Program-made: the position numbers and the translations under genes | NCBI GenBank assembly: GCA_034780895.1 | Contig: JAUZTB010000066.1 | Coordinates: 1,094,251-1,158,250 of the forward strand | Length of the DNA: 64,000 nt | From: Rhynchobatus australiae | Taxonomy: Eukaryota | Direction of reading: 5' to 3' | Shown here: piece after piece, positions 40,991-53,694 of the stretch | Layout: each line of letters begins with the position of its first letter | Numbering within the stretch: the stretch's first letter is position 1 | Notes under the pieces: generated by a model | The model's input: the letters and a program-made list of their open reading frames with translations, nothing else | Databases searched by the model: none | What the model was told of the DNA's origin: nothing

Positions 40991-43739
40991 AAAGGAAAAT
41001 GAGAACACAAGAAACAGCAAGAATGGCCATTCGGCACCTACCTGCTCCATCATTCAGCAAGACACTGGCTGATTTATTACCTCAACACCATGTCCCAGCA
41101 GTGAGAGTAACTCTATTCCCCATGATTGCCTTCATATCTAAAAATGCCTTCATATCTTGAATATACTTGTGACTGAGCCTCCATCAGTGCTCTAAGACTT
41201 CTATAGACCCATTCCCACTTGAGGACACTGCTCACTCCCAATAAAGCAATGTTCAATGTAGGCACATTGGCCTAGAGCGCACTGTAACTACTGTAACTCT
41301 TGACAATAATGCAAGAGCATTGGTTGCAGACTCCTACCTGGGTCACCAAAGAGTTAAACGTTATTTGTTGGGATTCTTGGACAATTATTTAAAATTGAAG
41401 TATTAAGTTACTTTTATTGCCTGCTTAAACCCCCTGCCCCACCCACAGAAAATGCCTGCACCACACTGCCTGCAGTGATGCTGACTGGCCTTCAGCCAAT
41501 CATAACAGAAGATCACAGTATCCTCAGTAAAGAATGCTTTATATGACATGTCATCTGCTTCTGATGTCTCACATTTCCCCATCGGTCACACAGCACAATA
41601 TGGCAGAAGCTTTTGACTGCCAAGAGAAGCACTTAAAAAGAATCTGGCAACAACTTGGCAATGGGCCAACCGACCAGGTGTTTGAGAAACTGAACTGGAT
41701 AATTGCCCATCACTTCTTTGCTACCAAAATGGAACAAGGTTATGAATCAAACAAACATTTACCTTGCAATACCATGTGAATGTTAAATTCCTTCCCTCTG
41801 ACTTGATCATCGACCCTTCAACACCCTCTTCCTGAAACCAATCCCGACCTCACCAGCACTTCCTCTCAAAAGCCCAACTTCATCCCTTTCTTCCTTGTCA
41901 CGGATCCTGGCAACCAACAGCAGGCACCTGGGCCACCACCAAGTTTGAGGGGAGTAATGGGCCACGTTTCTGAGGGCCACAGGCACATATCATCAAATGA
42001 TCAGAACTGACAAGGAAAAGACAATAAACCAGAACAATATCACCTGAGACCATGAAGGGCAAGTATAGGAGGTGTCTGACCACACCAAGGGAGAGCAACA
42101 ACAGCATTGCCAAGCAGGGCAGCCACTCGACTTCCCAGAACTTTTATATTTAAAGTGCAGGATTTATATGGGAATGAAATAATTTCAGGCACCACAGTGT
42201 CAAGATCTTCCATGATGTAATAAAGCCAAAACTGTGGAGAGCATCAATTGCTACATGAATTTGGAACCAAGAGCCACATTCACATTGTTGCCCTTGGGTC
42301 TATGAACAAACGAACCACAGCCTGGGTCCAAACATACGCTGTAATAAAGTCACGTATATTCCCTCACACATGCTTATGGCAGTGGTCCTGAGACTGTGAA
42401 AATGAATGAGTAATCTGGAGGTCACAACTTCAAATCACACGGAATCCAATATATCTGGGAAATTATTGGTCAACACCATAGAACAAACACAACTGCACCA
42501 AACCAATTAGTTAATTACTGTATATCTTGACTTTACATAGCTTGAGTCTTGTGTATCCAGCAAACATTTACCTTGCAGTANNNNNNNNNNNNNNNNNNNN
42601 NNNNNNNNNNNNNNNNNNNNNNNNNNNNNNNNNNNNNNNNNNNNNNNNNNNNNNNNNNNNNNNNNNNNNNNNNNNNNNNNTACTGTGTGAATGTCAAATT
42701 CCTTCCCCCCTAATGCTCGGAGACAAGCAAGTATATGCTTTATAAAAAACTTCTCCACTCTCTGCAGCCTCCTTCCCTTTTGTAGAAGTGTAATTTGCCT
42801 TTTCAGTTTTCATGTTTAAACTTTGGGATGGTTAGAAAAGCTACACCTGGCTGGTCAGTATTGAGCAAACAATAATTTCATTTGAAAGCAAAAGCCAGCA
42901 GATGCTGGAACTCTGAAATGAAAATGGATATTTCTGGGATACTCAGCAGGTCAGGTAGTATCTACAAAGAATGACCCATCATGTTGAATATTGACAAGAC
43001 AGTACTCTGAGTGACCAAAAGTGACCAGACAGTGGCATTTTCAGACCCGCTCAACCCAGGAAACATGGAACAATTAAAATCTGAGGCTGTGTTCCTCCCT
43101 AGCATTGGGACATTGCCAGCTAACCAATTCAAGACAATTCTGTGCCCTCTGGGGACCAGACAAAGAAAGCACAGAATTGTAAGATGTCAGAGAGCAGACT
43201 TTTATTTGCTAGCTATCAATGACTTTGAACTCAAGTTCCAGAGATGAAAGACTACAGCACTCAATTCCTGCTTGTCTAGGTTACAATATGATTGCTTGCA
43301 ATACTGAACAGAGGAGGTGAAGTGAGCTGGAGGCTGCCCTTGTAACTTCCTACAGCAAACAGGTTCTGCGTCTACTTTCCTACAGGTCAAGCAACAAAGC
43401 TCCCAATCTCAGCTGCAACACCAGTACATCTTCCAAAGCCGTCGGGCAAGTCTATAGTTTGACAGGGATGCACCAGTGTAAATAGTCTGAACACCCAGAT
43501 CAGTCTAATGCAGGAGGCAGGCAAACAAATAGAGCAAGTGTCAGTGGGGGAATATGGAGGAAACAGTGATCATAATATCATTAGCTTTACAATAGCTACA
43601 GAAAAGGGTATAGAGCACTTCAAGATAAAGAGTCAAATGCAGGATGGGCAACTTCAATGGATGAGAAGAGATTTGGCTTGGAGAAACTGGAATCAAAGCT
43701 TGACAGGCAGAACTGCAAGTGAATAATAAGAGGGCTTTA

Positions 43740-44462
43740 AACATAGACCAGTACAGCACAAGAACAGACCCTTCAGCCTGCCATGTCTGTGCTGACCATG
43801 ATGCCAATCTATACTAATTCCATCTGCCTGCATATTGTGTCCCTGCCTGCTCACGGTGTTGGTCTAAATGCCTCTTAAATGTTGTTATCGTATTTGCTTC
43901 CACCACATCCCCTGACAGTGCATTCCAAGCACCCACCCCTCTCTGTGTAAAAAAACTTGCCTCAGTAAGACTCCTTTGAATATCCCCCNNNNNNNNNNNN
44001 NNNNNNNNNNNNNNNNNNNNNNNNNNNNNNNNNNNNNNNNNNNNNNNNNNNNNNNNNNNNNNNNNNNNNNNNNNNNNNNNNNNNNNNNCTCTGTGTAAAA
44101 AAACTTGCCTCAGTAAGACTCCTTTGAATATCCCCCTCTCACCTTAAACCTCTGATCTCTGGTATTTAACATTTCCACCCCGGGAAAAACACTATCTTCC
44201 CTATCTATGCCTCTCATAATTTTATAAACTTCTATCAGGTTGTCCCTCAGTTTCCGACGCTCCAGAGAAAACAATCCAAGTTTGTCCAACCTCTCCTTAT
44301 AGCTACGACATTCCAATCCAGGCAACATCCTGTTGAACCTCATCTGCACTTTCTCCAAAGCCTCCACATCCTTCCTATGGTGTGGCAACCAGAACTGCAC
44401 AAAATACTCCAAATGTGGCCTCACCGAAGTTTTATACAGCTGCAACGTGACTTCCCGACTTG
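43740..44462 (-). mobile_element. CR1 LINE 3' end (spans a 100-N gap)
   Basis: ORF 44110-44502 SREVTLQLYKTSVRPHLEYFVQFWLPHHRKDVEALEKVQMRFNRMLPG. Confidence 0.92.
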
Positions 44463-44467
44463 TATGG

Positions 44468-45860
44468 TGACACGAGACTGCAAATGCTGGAATCTGGAGC
44501 AAAAACTAAACTGCTGGAGGAACTCAGTGGGTTAAGCTGCATCTGTGAAAGCAAAGGATGGCCGACATTTCGGGTCAAGACCCTGCATCAGGACTGAGAG
44601 TGTAGAGGGAAGATAGCTAGTGTAAAGAGGTGAGACAGGGGTCGGTAGGTGATAGATGGAAACTGGAGAGATGGGGAATTATGAGCAGATAGAGACAGGT
44701 AGGGGAGGGGGGTGAGGTTTAGACACAGACACTGGAGGTTCATTAGTGGAAACAGATAAGGAAGCCCATAACATCTTCTCCTTTGATTCCTCACACTTTC
44801 TAGAAGTCAAAGGTATATCCCATGGGCACCTGCATGGGCCCCAGGTACACATACCTTTTTGTTAGGTACATGGAACAGTCCCTGTTCCAAACCTCCTCTG
44901 GCACCCCTCCCCAACTCTTTTATCATCTTTGCTCCCAATTTCCACCCAACCCTCAAGTTCACGTGGACCATTTCTGACATTTCTCTCCCCTTTCTCTATT
45001 TGTCAGTCTCCACCTCAGGACACAAACTAAGAGATAAGATTTAAGATAATCTTTATTAGTCACATGTACATCAAAATACAGAGAAATGTATCTTTTGAGT
45101 ACTGTGTTCTGGGAGCTATCCACCAATATCTACTATAAACCTACTGACTCCCATAGCTACCTCGATTACAACTCCTCCAACCCTGTTTCTTGTGAGGATG
45201 CCACTGCTTAGCTTCTACATCTCTGACGTGTCTGTTCTCAAGATGAGGTTTTCCGTTCCAAGAGTTCTGAAACATCTTTTTCAGGAAACATGGTTTTCCC
45301 TCCACCGTGGTCAATGGATCCCTTACTTGATTTACCTCCAATTCCCAGATGTCTGCTCTCACCCACCTCTCCCCAAAAAGAAGAGATAAAGTTCCCTTGG
45401 TCCTCACCTGTCACCTCGCTAGCCTCCACATCCAGCACATCATCCTTCACCATTTCCACTAGCTGCAATGGGACCCCATGACCAGTGATATCTTCCCCTC
45501 CCCACCCACCTTACTGCTTCCTGCAGGAACCACTCTGTGACTCCCTGGTCCGCTCATCTCTTCCCACTCACCTATCCCCATCCCGTGGCATCTTCCCCTG
45601 CAACTCCAGGAGGTGCAACAGTTGTCCCTACACCTCCTCCCTCGCCACCACCCAGGGACTCCAACAGCCCTGCCAGGTGAGGCAGAGATTCACATGCACT
45701 CATCCAACCTGTTCTACTGCATTATACCATACCAGCTCTTGATGTGGCTTCCTCAACATCAGTGAGACCAGGCACAGACTAGGCAAATATTTTGAGGAAC
45801 ACTTGTGCTTTGCCTGCAATCTTAAGCTTCTGGTGCAGGTCATTTCAACTCCTCATTCCC
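44468..45860 (+). mobile_element. Penelope-like retroelement remnant (RT plus GIY-YIG endonuclease) with an inverted 5' terminal repeat
   Basis: FLEVKG..MGTCMGP (RT motif, about 44797-44845), FHPTLKFTWTIS, an IYYKPTDSHSYLDY thumb motif (about 45127), and a GIY-YIG-like SNLFYCI...C...ISETRHRLGKYFEEHL (about 45700-45805). An inverted terminus lies at 44468-44780. Confidence 0.85.
45030..45115 (-). mobile_element. 5'-truncated SINE tail (same family as 2241-2535) inserted into the Penelope ORF
   Basis: aagatttaagataatctttattagtcacatgtacatc...gtgttctggg is the near reverse complement of about 2452-2530. Confidence 0.75.
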
Positions 45861-47794
45861 GATCAATATAACCTCATTCATAACATGGGCTAATAGGCCT
45901 TATTCTTGGCGAGAAGCAAGATTGACTGCTCTGGCTGTCAAAACTGGTAGAACTGAAGTCAATGCTGCCTGGAATCATTCCTAACACCAAGGAATATGGT
46001 TATGGCTGTTGGCTCCTGTTAGCTCAGACCCAGGACATCACTGTTGGAGTTCCTCAGGGCTGTGTCTATGACCTAGAATAAGGACAGGCAGTGCGTCGAA
46101 GGAAACGCCAGCACCTTCAGGCTTCTCTCCAATCTACTCACAAACCAGATTTGGAATAATGTTGCCATCCCTCATTTTCTCTGGTTCCAAGTCCTGAAGC
46201 TCCCTAAGCAACAGTACTACACGTCATCAAACCAGCACTTTCTCAAGGGCAACAAGGACTGAAAATGAATGCTGGCCCTGCATCCACATCCTTGGAATAA
46301 GAAATAACTACCATTGGGAAAAAAAGCATGGATATAGACTCCCAGGACACAGATATTCGTCCCAAGAGAAAGCGCAGTCTGCAAGGATGGCAGCAGTGTA
46401 ACTGTTGGAAGGTTGGTAGCTTCACTTTCATGCAGAAATCACCAATTACAGAGAGACAGACTCAGTACTCAGTTTCCTCTGGCAACTCAATGATTAACAC
46501 ATTAATGCAAATTTCCTGCATGTGTTGCTTTAAAAGTGATCATTAACGTGCAGCATTTTAAATAATTCAAAGCTTACATAACCACCATAATCATTAGTGC
46601 TGAATTGGTGATAATCCGATCTCCAGGTGACTGCAAAGCACATCAGAAAGGCCAACATCATGACTTCAAACCACTTTCTTTTGTTTACAAAGCCTTGATT
46701 TTATTCCTGTTTATTCTCAACATAGACCACTTCCCAGTAAACCAGTGGTACCGAAGCTACTAATGGGGCACTGTCGTTCCTTACCTCATTTTTTATGTTT
46801 TAATGTACTTTCTGAAAAAACAAATTAATAGAATAATTCTGTTTCATATCTGAAACACAGTGAACACCCGTAATCACACAGGGCTGAGGACACAGCCACT
46901 TGCAGGGCCTGTACTTTGCAACAGACCTCCAATGGAAGGGAAACTGCATTTAAACCTCAACATGTGGTGCCAACATCTCAAAGCACATGCAACTAATTAA
47001 GCCTGGTGTTGTGACTGTTATTTTGCCAAATGTAACAGGCCATTTCCACAAAGCAAACAGCAATGAGATTAATTTCCAGTTAATATGTCCACTGGTGGTT
47101 CTGTTGAGGAAGGAATATCAGGCAGTCCACCAGGGGGATTTCTTGCTCCCTTTCAAATTACATCACAGACCTTTTACTTCTATCTGAGCCATTGGAACAT
47201 GCAGCTGTAATTTAACAACTCACCTGGTGTTGGAGTTGTCCTTTAAGTGCCGTGCTTGATTTAAGTCTTGACCCAAGGCTTAAAGCCACAACCTTATAGC
47301 TCAAGGAGTGTCTACTACCAACTGAAAGGCAGTAACACTTGCTGCCCACAACATGGTAACAGGAACATTGTGCATCATGCTTTAAGGCATCTGTATGGCT
47401 CTACAGTGAGCATTCTGTTGTGTGCACAGCCTTCAATAATGGAACCTTTTAATGAGATTTGTGAAATCATTATGGAACAGGAGGAGACCATATTGACCAT
47501 CAAGTCCATGCTGGCTCCCTTTAGAACAATCCCATCAGTCTCTTTACCAGGGTCTTTCCCTCAACTGCCTCTCCAGCCCAGTCTCAAAAGCTCTGACCGA
47601 CTGTTTCCCTGCCTACTGCAATGCAGAGTTCCAGTTCAGCTTCTCCTTTAAAGCTGGAATCCCTCATCCCTGGAACCACGATTACTGGATTTCTGTTTCT
47701 CAGCCCTGACACCATTAGGGCTGTAGCAACACTACATGCTGCTTGCAGTTTTTCAATTAGCAGTTCAAATGCCCATTCGAGTGTGTAAGTGAGA

Positions 47795-48285
47795 ATACAG
47801 AACAGTACAGCACAATACAGGCCCTTCGGCCCACAATGTTGTGCTGACCTTTAAACCTCACCCAAGACTATCTAACCCCTTCCTCCCACATATCCCTCTA
47901 TTTTNNNNNNNNNNNNNNNNNNNNNNNNNNNNNNNNNNNNNNNNNNNNNNNNNNNNNNNNNNNNNNNNNNNNNNNNNNNNNNNNNNNNNNNNNNNNNNNN
48001 NNNNNNNNNNNNNNNNNNNNNNNNNNNNNNNNNNNNNNNNNNNNNNNNNNNNNNNNNNNNNNNNNNNNNNNNNNNNNNNNNNNNNNNNNNNNNNNNNNNN
48101 NNNNNNNNNNNNNNNNNNNNNNNNNNNNNNNNNNNNATGTCTCCCCTCATCCTCCTTCTCTCCAAAGAGTAAAGCCCTAGCTCCCTTAGTCTCTCCTCAT
48201 AATGCATACTCTCAAAACCAGGCAGCATCCTGGTAAATCTCCTCTGCACCCTTTCCAATGCTTCCACATCGTTCTTATAATGAGC
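47795..48285 (-). mobile_element. CR1 3' end (gapped)
   Basis: ORF 47872-48267 EALERVQRRFTRMLPGFESMHYEERLRELGLYSLERRRMRGD. Confidence 0.9.
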
Positions 48286-51200
48286 ATCCTTCCTAGATGG
48301 TAGAGTTCACACCCATGGTTGAAGCTTCCAGTGCAGAGCTACACAATAAAGAACCAGTTCTTGGATGACAATCATCTCTCTGAAACTCACAAACATCATT
48401 ATTTTACTCATTCGTTTTTTGCAGATCTGGGTATCACTGGCAAATCCACGACTTAGTGACCATTAAACCTTGAGCAGGTGTGGGTAAAGTGCCTTCTCAT
48501 ACTGCTGCAGTCCTTCTGGTGAAGCTGCTCCATGCTGTTGGAAGGGAGTTCCAGGATTTAGACCCAGGGACAATAAAGGACTGGGGATATATCTCCCAGT
48601 CAGAACAGTGCGTAACTTGCAGGGGAAGCTGCGGTTCCCATGCATCTACTGTCTTTGCACTCACCCAATGTGTTAACAACTCACCTAATGTTAGTGGCAG
48701 GTTTGGGAGGTGCTGTCAGAGGAGCCTGGGCAAGTAACAATGCATTTTGTAGATGGTACATAATGCAACCACTGTGCTCTGGTGAAAGGAATGAACATTT
48801 AGGATTGTGGATAGGTGACAATCAAGTAGACTGCTTTGCCTTGGATGGTACCAGGTTTCTAGAGACTTGTTGAACTTGCACTCATCCTGACAAATGCAGA
48901 GTCTTTCATCAAGCTCTTGCTATTTAGGTAATGCTAAGACATTTGGATAAGTACATGGATAGGAAAGGTTTAGAGAGATATGGCACAAATATGGGCAAAT
49001 CGGACTAGCTTAGGTGGGCATTGTCGGCATGGATAAGTTGGGCTGAAGGGCTTGATTCTGTGCTGTATTACTCTTTGGTGGAAAGGCCCTAGGTATCAAA
49101 AGGTAATGCAGAACATATACCCTCTAATCTGCCCCTGGCCCAGTTAAACTTCTGGTCAATGCTGATGCTCAGGATGGTGATGGCAGAGGATCAGTAATGG
49201 TGAGACTTTCTTTCGTTAGAGATGGTCATTGTTTGGCACTTCAATAGCACAAATGTTGTTTGCCAATTATCAGTCCGCAACTAAATGTTTTCTAGGTCTT
49301 TGCTGAGGGATTGCAAATAGAATTGAATAATGTACAATCATTATAGAACATCCCATGTCTGACCTTATGATGGAAGGGAGGTCACTGGTGAAGCAGCTGA
49401 AGGCGGTTGGGTCTAGGACACTAGCCTGAGGAACCTCTGCAGTGATATCTTGCGGCTAGCATGGGCAACATCCTGGTGAATCTCTTCTACACTCTTTCTA
49501 GTGCTAGCACATCCATCCTGTGGTGTGGTGACCAGAACTGCACACAATGTAACCTGCTTATGAGGCACACCTAAAATCACATCAACTTTTGGAGCTCAAA
49601 AATGTGAGAAATTTATTAAAGGAATTGATTCCCAACCTGATGCCCCCAGCTCAAACAGTGTAAATAATACAGCTCAATCTCAGAATTTACACTCAGGGAC
49701 CAGGTATCCAACTCATGAGGCTTGGAGAAAAGATGTAGTCAGCTATTTGCAACTGTCTCCTTCTTGCTGGAGTAGAATGCCACAGGAATGGCCAACAGAT
49801 GGGAACCTTGGCAGGCAGAACCAGCAGGATGATCACCAGAGGAGAATCAAAGCTGAAGCAAACACTGGCCGAGTTCGCACATTATTACTAAGCTCACACA
49901 GACAGACGAAGCATATACACACACATGCACACAATTTTCAGCGGGGGTGATGTGATGGCAATCAAGATTGCTTGCCTAGCTGATTTATTGCAGCAGCACT
50001 GAAGGCAGCTGTAGTGTACCTATTGCTCTCCCAGCTGAGGGGACTCTTCAGCCAGAGAGGAGTCTGAGCGAAGGTTGCTATAGTCTCAAAGGCTCTGTGC
50101 CAGGTCAGGCATTGCATTTAACTGGAAACACCATGTAAATACAAACTGAGTCTGCAAACAAGTGCATTTTTCACCAACCAGAGGTCCAACAGGTCAGCCA
50201 CCTGGCTACTGATCTGATGTGATTTCCTGCCAAATTATCTATTGTACAGGACAAAAGTAGCTGACACTTTTTTTCACATTGCAAAGAGAACCTGGAATAC
50301 TTACTATAAGCAAACTTTTTTCTGAATTCTAACATTAGAATATTCAAGGTCAATGCTTCATATCCATGCCAAGTTCAGCTTGTGGCATGCACTATGTTGC
50401 ATGCTGACACTCTCAGGCTCTGTTANNNNNNNNNNNNNNNNNNNNNNNNNNNNNNNNNNNNNNNNNNNNNNNNNNNNNNNNNNNNNNNNNNNNNNNNNNN
50501 NNNNNNNNNNNNNNNNNNNNNNNNNNNNNNNNNNNNNNNNNNNNNNNNNNNNNNNNNNNNNNNNNNNNNNNNNNNNNNNNNNNNNNNNNNNNNNNNNNNN
50601 NNNNNNNNNNNNNNNNNNNNNNNNNNNNNNNNNNNNNNNNNNNNNNNNNNNNNNNNNNNNNNNNNNNNNNNNNNNNNNNNNNNNNNNNNNNNNNNNNNNN
50701 NNNNNNNNNNNNNNNNNNNNNNNNNNNNNNNNNNNNNNNNNNNNNNNNNNNNNNNNNNNNNNNNNNNNNNNNNNNNNNNNNNNNNNNNNNNNNNNNNNNN
50801 NNNNNNNNNNNNNNNNNNNNNNNNNNNNNNNNNNNNNNNNNNNNNNNNNNNNNNNNNNNNNNNNNNNNNNGGCATGCAGTTCTATCAAGGGGGCATCGCA
50901 TTTGAGCCATGTACACATATGGACAGCAATGAAAACTGTTGGCTGATTTACTGTTAAAGGATCACGAGGTTTGTTCTAACACCTTGCCACCATCCCAGCT
51001 CAATGTTTCGTCACGAAATAGAATCAGGACCCAGATGGCTCTGTCGGACCCAATTGCCTCAAGCAGCTGGGGCACCCACTTGTCTATTAAAATAACAAGT
51101 GGGGGAATACATTTTAAGATATCTAAATAGCTTTACGTCGCAGTGATGGAGTGCGATCCAGCCATGCCGACGCCACGCCACAAGCTCCCCACTCAATCAC

Positions 51201-51737
51201 GATAGAGCTAGTGAGTTTGTTGGTGGTGAATGTACTTACCTAGGTTCGGGAGAACTCCCATCGTCTATATTTCTCATGTTGCTTTAAAAATGCATCAAAT
51301 CTAACAGCTGAAGTCAACCAATAAGATACTGAAATTCAGCCCCTGGCAGTTTTTACAGGGTAGGGGATAATAATAAGAGTTAGGTTGAGGTTCAGCCCGA
51401 GCCTAAAGGAAATCAGTTTCTGGGACTGTGATGTTAGCCCAGGGGAGCTGGATGACTGCCCAGCACAGAGCTGTGGCAGGGTCTGACAGTCTCCATTTGG
51501 AGTTATGCAGGGTGGCCAACACAAGCTATTTAGACAAGGAGGGAAAGAAGTGTATACAAAGCATGCCACAGAACGCACGCTACAGGAAGAGGTGCTTTTC
51601 ATGACACTGGTGCAGTACAGGCAGATGTCAGATGTTGAGGTCACTGTTTTCCCTTTACACCCTCACTGACTTAATCACATTCTGTTTAAAAAAAGCCTTC
51701 CCAGGAACAAGAGTTTACAGTGTGCCCCCCGGCTGAC

Positions 51738-51939
51738 CTTATCTGCGGCTGTCTCCACGTAGCAAGGGTCCTGAGGGGCAGCCAGGAGAGGAACAAAGCC
51801 TGAGAGGATCTTGTCCTCATCCAGAACAAGCAGGGTGAGGTCCTCATCCGGGTCCTTGTACAGCGGTACCTCTGACTGGTTGACAGCTGTGAAAATGTTG
51901 CAGAATTCTGCCAGCATGGCCCACACATCGATGGCAATT
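51738..51939 (-). CDS. SMG6: SMG6 (EST1A) internal coding exon, 202 nt, phase 2 in / phase 0 out
   Basis: Acceptor tttcctctgttcAG|A ATT GCC ATC GAT GTG TGG. The split codon GA+A gives Glu with the previous exon. Translation IAIDVWAMLAEFCNIFTAVNQSEVPLYKDPDEDLTLLVLDEDKILSGFVPLLAAPQDPCYVETAADK, donor AAG|GTCAGC. Near-identical to the recalled SMG6 segment AVNQSEVPLYKDPDDDLTLLILEEDRLLSGFVPLLAAPQDPCYVE. Confidence 0.97.
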
Positions 51940-52479
51940 CTGAACAGAGGAAATTCAACAGAAAGAAACAAGAGCCAAAGGTTAGGTCACCAGGGAGAAG
52001 AAAACGACGCTCAGCAAAGTGTTTTAGGATGTAAAGACATTGTTAATAATAAAACATTCATTCGGAACTAGAAAAACAGATGATGTTTTTATTAAGTCAG
52101 CGCAAGAACAGTTCCGGATTTTGGTCTCAAACGATTACCCAATTAGGAAAAAAGAAACAGATGCAGGTGTTGTGACTTTGAGACTTCGACACTCCTGTTC
52201 CAATTAGCATTCACCCGGTTTTCAATAGATACCCAAAGTTTTTTTTACACCCAATTACTGTGCAAATTAAGGGTTTTTTAAGGGTGCACTTCCATCAAAA
52301 TTACCAGTAACCCTGCATGCACCCTCTGGGTGAAGCATGGTGTTCAATTGTTGATGCTGCATCTCTGCACAGATCGTTTCACATTTTCCACACAAGACAC
52401 GGATCTCTGACAAATTTCCATTATTCTTTGTGAACACATACATGACCAGGAATGTTCTTGCAAACATAGAACCATTTAA

Positions 52480-52845
52480 GAATCCCCTGCAAATACTCTC
52501 ACGCACCTTGGGACCCCCCTGCAAACATGACCCGCATGTCGGGACCCCCAAAAACATGGATCTGCACCCCAGAACCCCTGCAAACACAGATGCATACCCT
52601 GGAGCCCCCGCAAATACGGGCATGCATCCTGGAACCCCTACAAACACAAACATGGATCCCAGGACCCCAGCAAACATGGGCACACACCTCGGCTCCAGCA
52701 AACATGGTTATGCTCCCCAGGACTCCGGCAACATGGACACTCACCCAGGGACTCCCGCAATGACAGACACGCACTTCAGGACCCCCGCAAACATGGACAT
52801 GCACCCCAGGACCCATGCAAATACGGACATGTATCCAAGGACAGT
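52480..52845. repeat. Degenerate 30-bp minisatellite (about 11-12 units)
   Basis: Consensus about ggacccccgcaaacatggacatgcacccca. The period of 30 produces the 10-aa repeat GTPANTDMHP in ORF 52430-52912. Confidence 0.88.
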
Positions 52846-52944
52846 GACATGCTCTCATGGAATCGCTGAGAAAACCAACTGTAATTACTGCCTACTCTTG
52901 GGATCCGTGTAACTACTGCCACATTGTATATACTGACACACGTT

Positions 52945-53085
52945 GGCTAAGTGGGCAACCTCTCTTCCTTCACTCAGAAAATTGTGGGTTCAAGTTCCAC
53001 TCCTAGTGACATAAGCACAGAACCCAGGTGACACTGAAAGAGTGCTGTACTGTCGTAGGCAACATTTTTCAGACGACATGACCTT
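52945..53085 (+). mobile_element. DeuSINE-like head and Deu-domain start
   Basis: cactcagaaaattgtgggttcaagttccactcc...gacactgaaagagtgctgtactgtcgtaggc resembles the SacSINE1/AmnSINE1 consensus as I recall it. Confidence 0.65.
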
Positions 53086-53694
53086 ATAAACTTGAAGTAG
53101 CATTAATCTCACAACCTTCCAGATTCTGCAATCACATTTAAGTGCCTTCTGCTGTTGTTTCACTTTGAACCTAGAATCTTTAATACAATGGAGGAAGGAG
53201 TGAAGAATTATTTTTTTTTAAAAATCGCAGTCCAGGTGAAGGGTCTCAGTCCGAAATATTGACTGTCCACTTCTCTCCACAGTGGCTGCTCAACTCCCAG
53301 TTCCTCCAGCAGCTGGTTTTTTGGCTCCAGATTCCAGCATCTGCTTTCTCTTGTGTCCCAAAACAAAAATCACTGTTCCACAAGGAAAATGAATAACCTT
53401 CAAGTCCCAGGGGAATTTTGTCCCAAAGCAAATTTAAGGGAGCCAGCGCTGGTGTGTTTTAGCATGCCGACGAGCAGGGAGTGACAGCACCCTGTGGGAA
53501 TAACTACAGGCCAAGAACAACAAGCTCTTCAGCTCAAGGTCTCTCAAATCTGAACACCCAACCGAAAGAGACTCTACTGCAAGTTGCCACACACAATATT
53601 GTCTTACCCCACAAAATTATTCCCCTTTTTTCCCCTCAATTGTCCATCAATTTTCTCCTCTCTTTTAAAACTACAGATATTCTGTGTTCCAATT

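Larger units (their letters stand above)
1..51737 (-). other. SMG6: Very large SMG6 intron (partial, over 51 kb)
   Basis: Donor GTCAGC at 51737. The expected next exon (VIAADCKRVTVLKYFLEALCGQEEP-like) is not visible in the ORF track or by eye, although it could lie in an N gap. Confidence 0.75.

Noticed and set aside
50353-50957. ORFs of 150-197 aa
   Set aside because: Almost entirely the N gap at 50426-50870.
51675-51971. 98-aa ORF as a stand-alone gene
   Set aside because: Only 51738-51939 is SMG6-like and bounded by splice sites; the ends are intron read-through.
52267-52912. Pro/Thr-rich 160-aa and 144-aa ORFs
   Set aside because: Translations of the 30-bp minisatellite.
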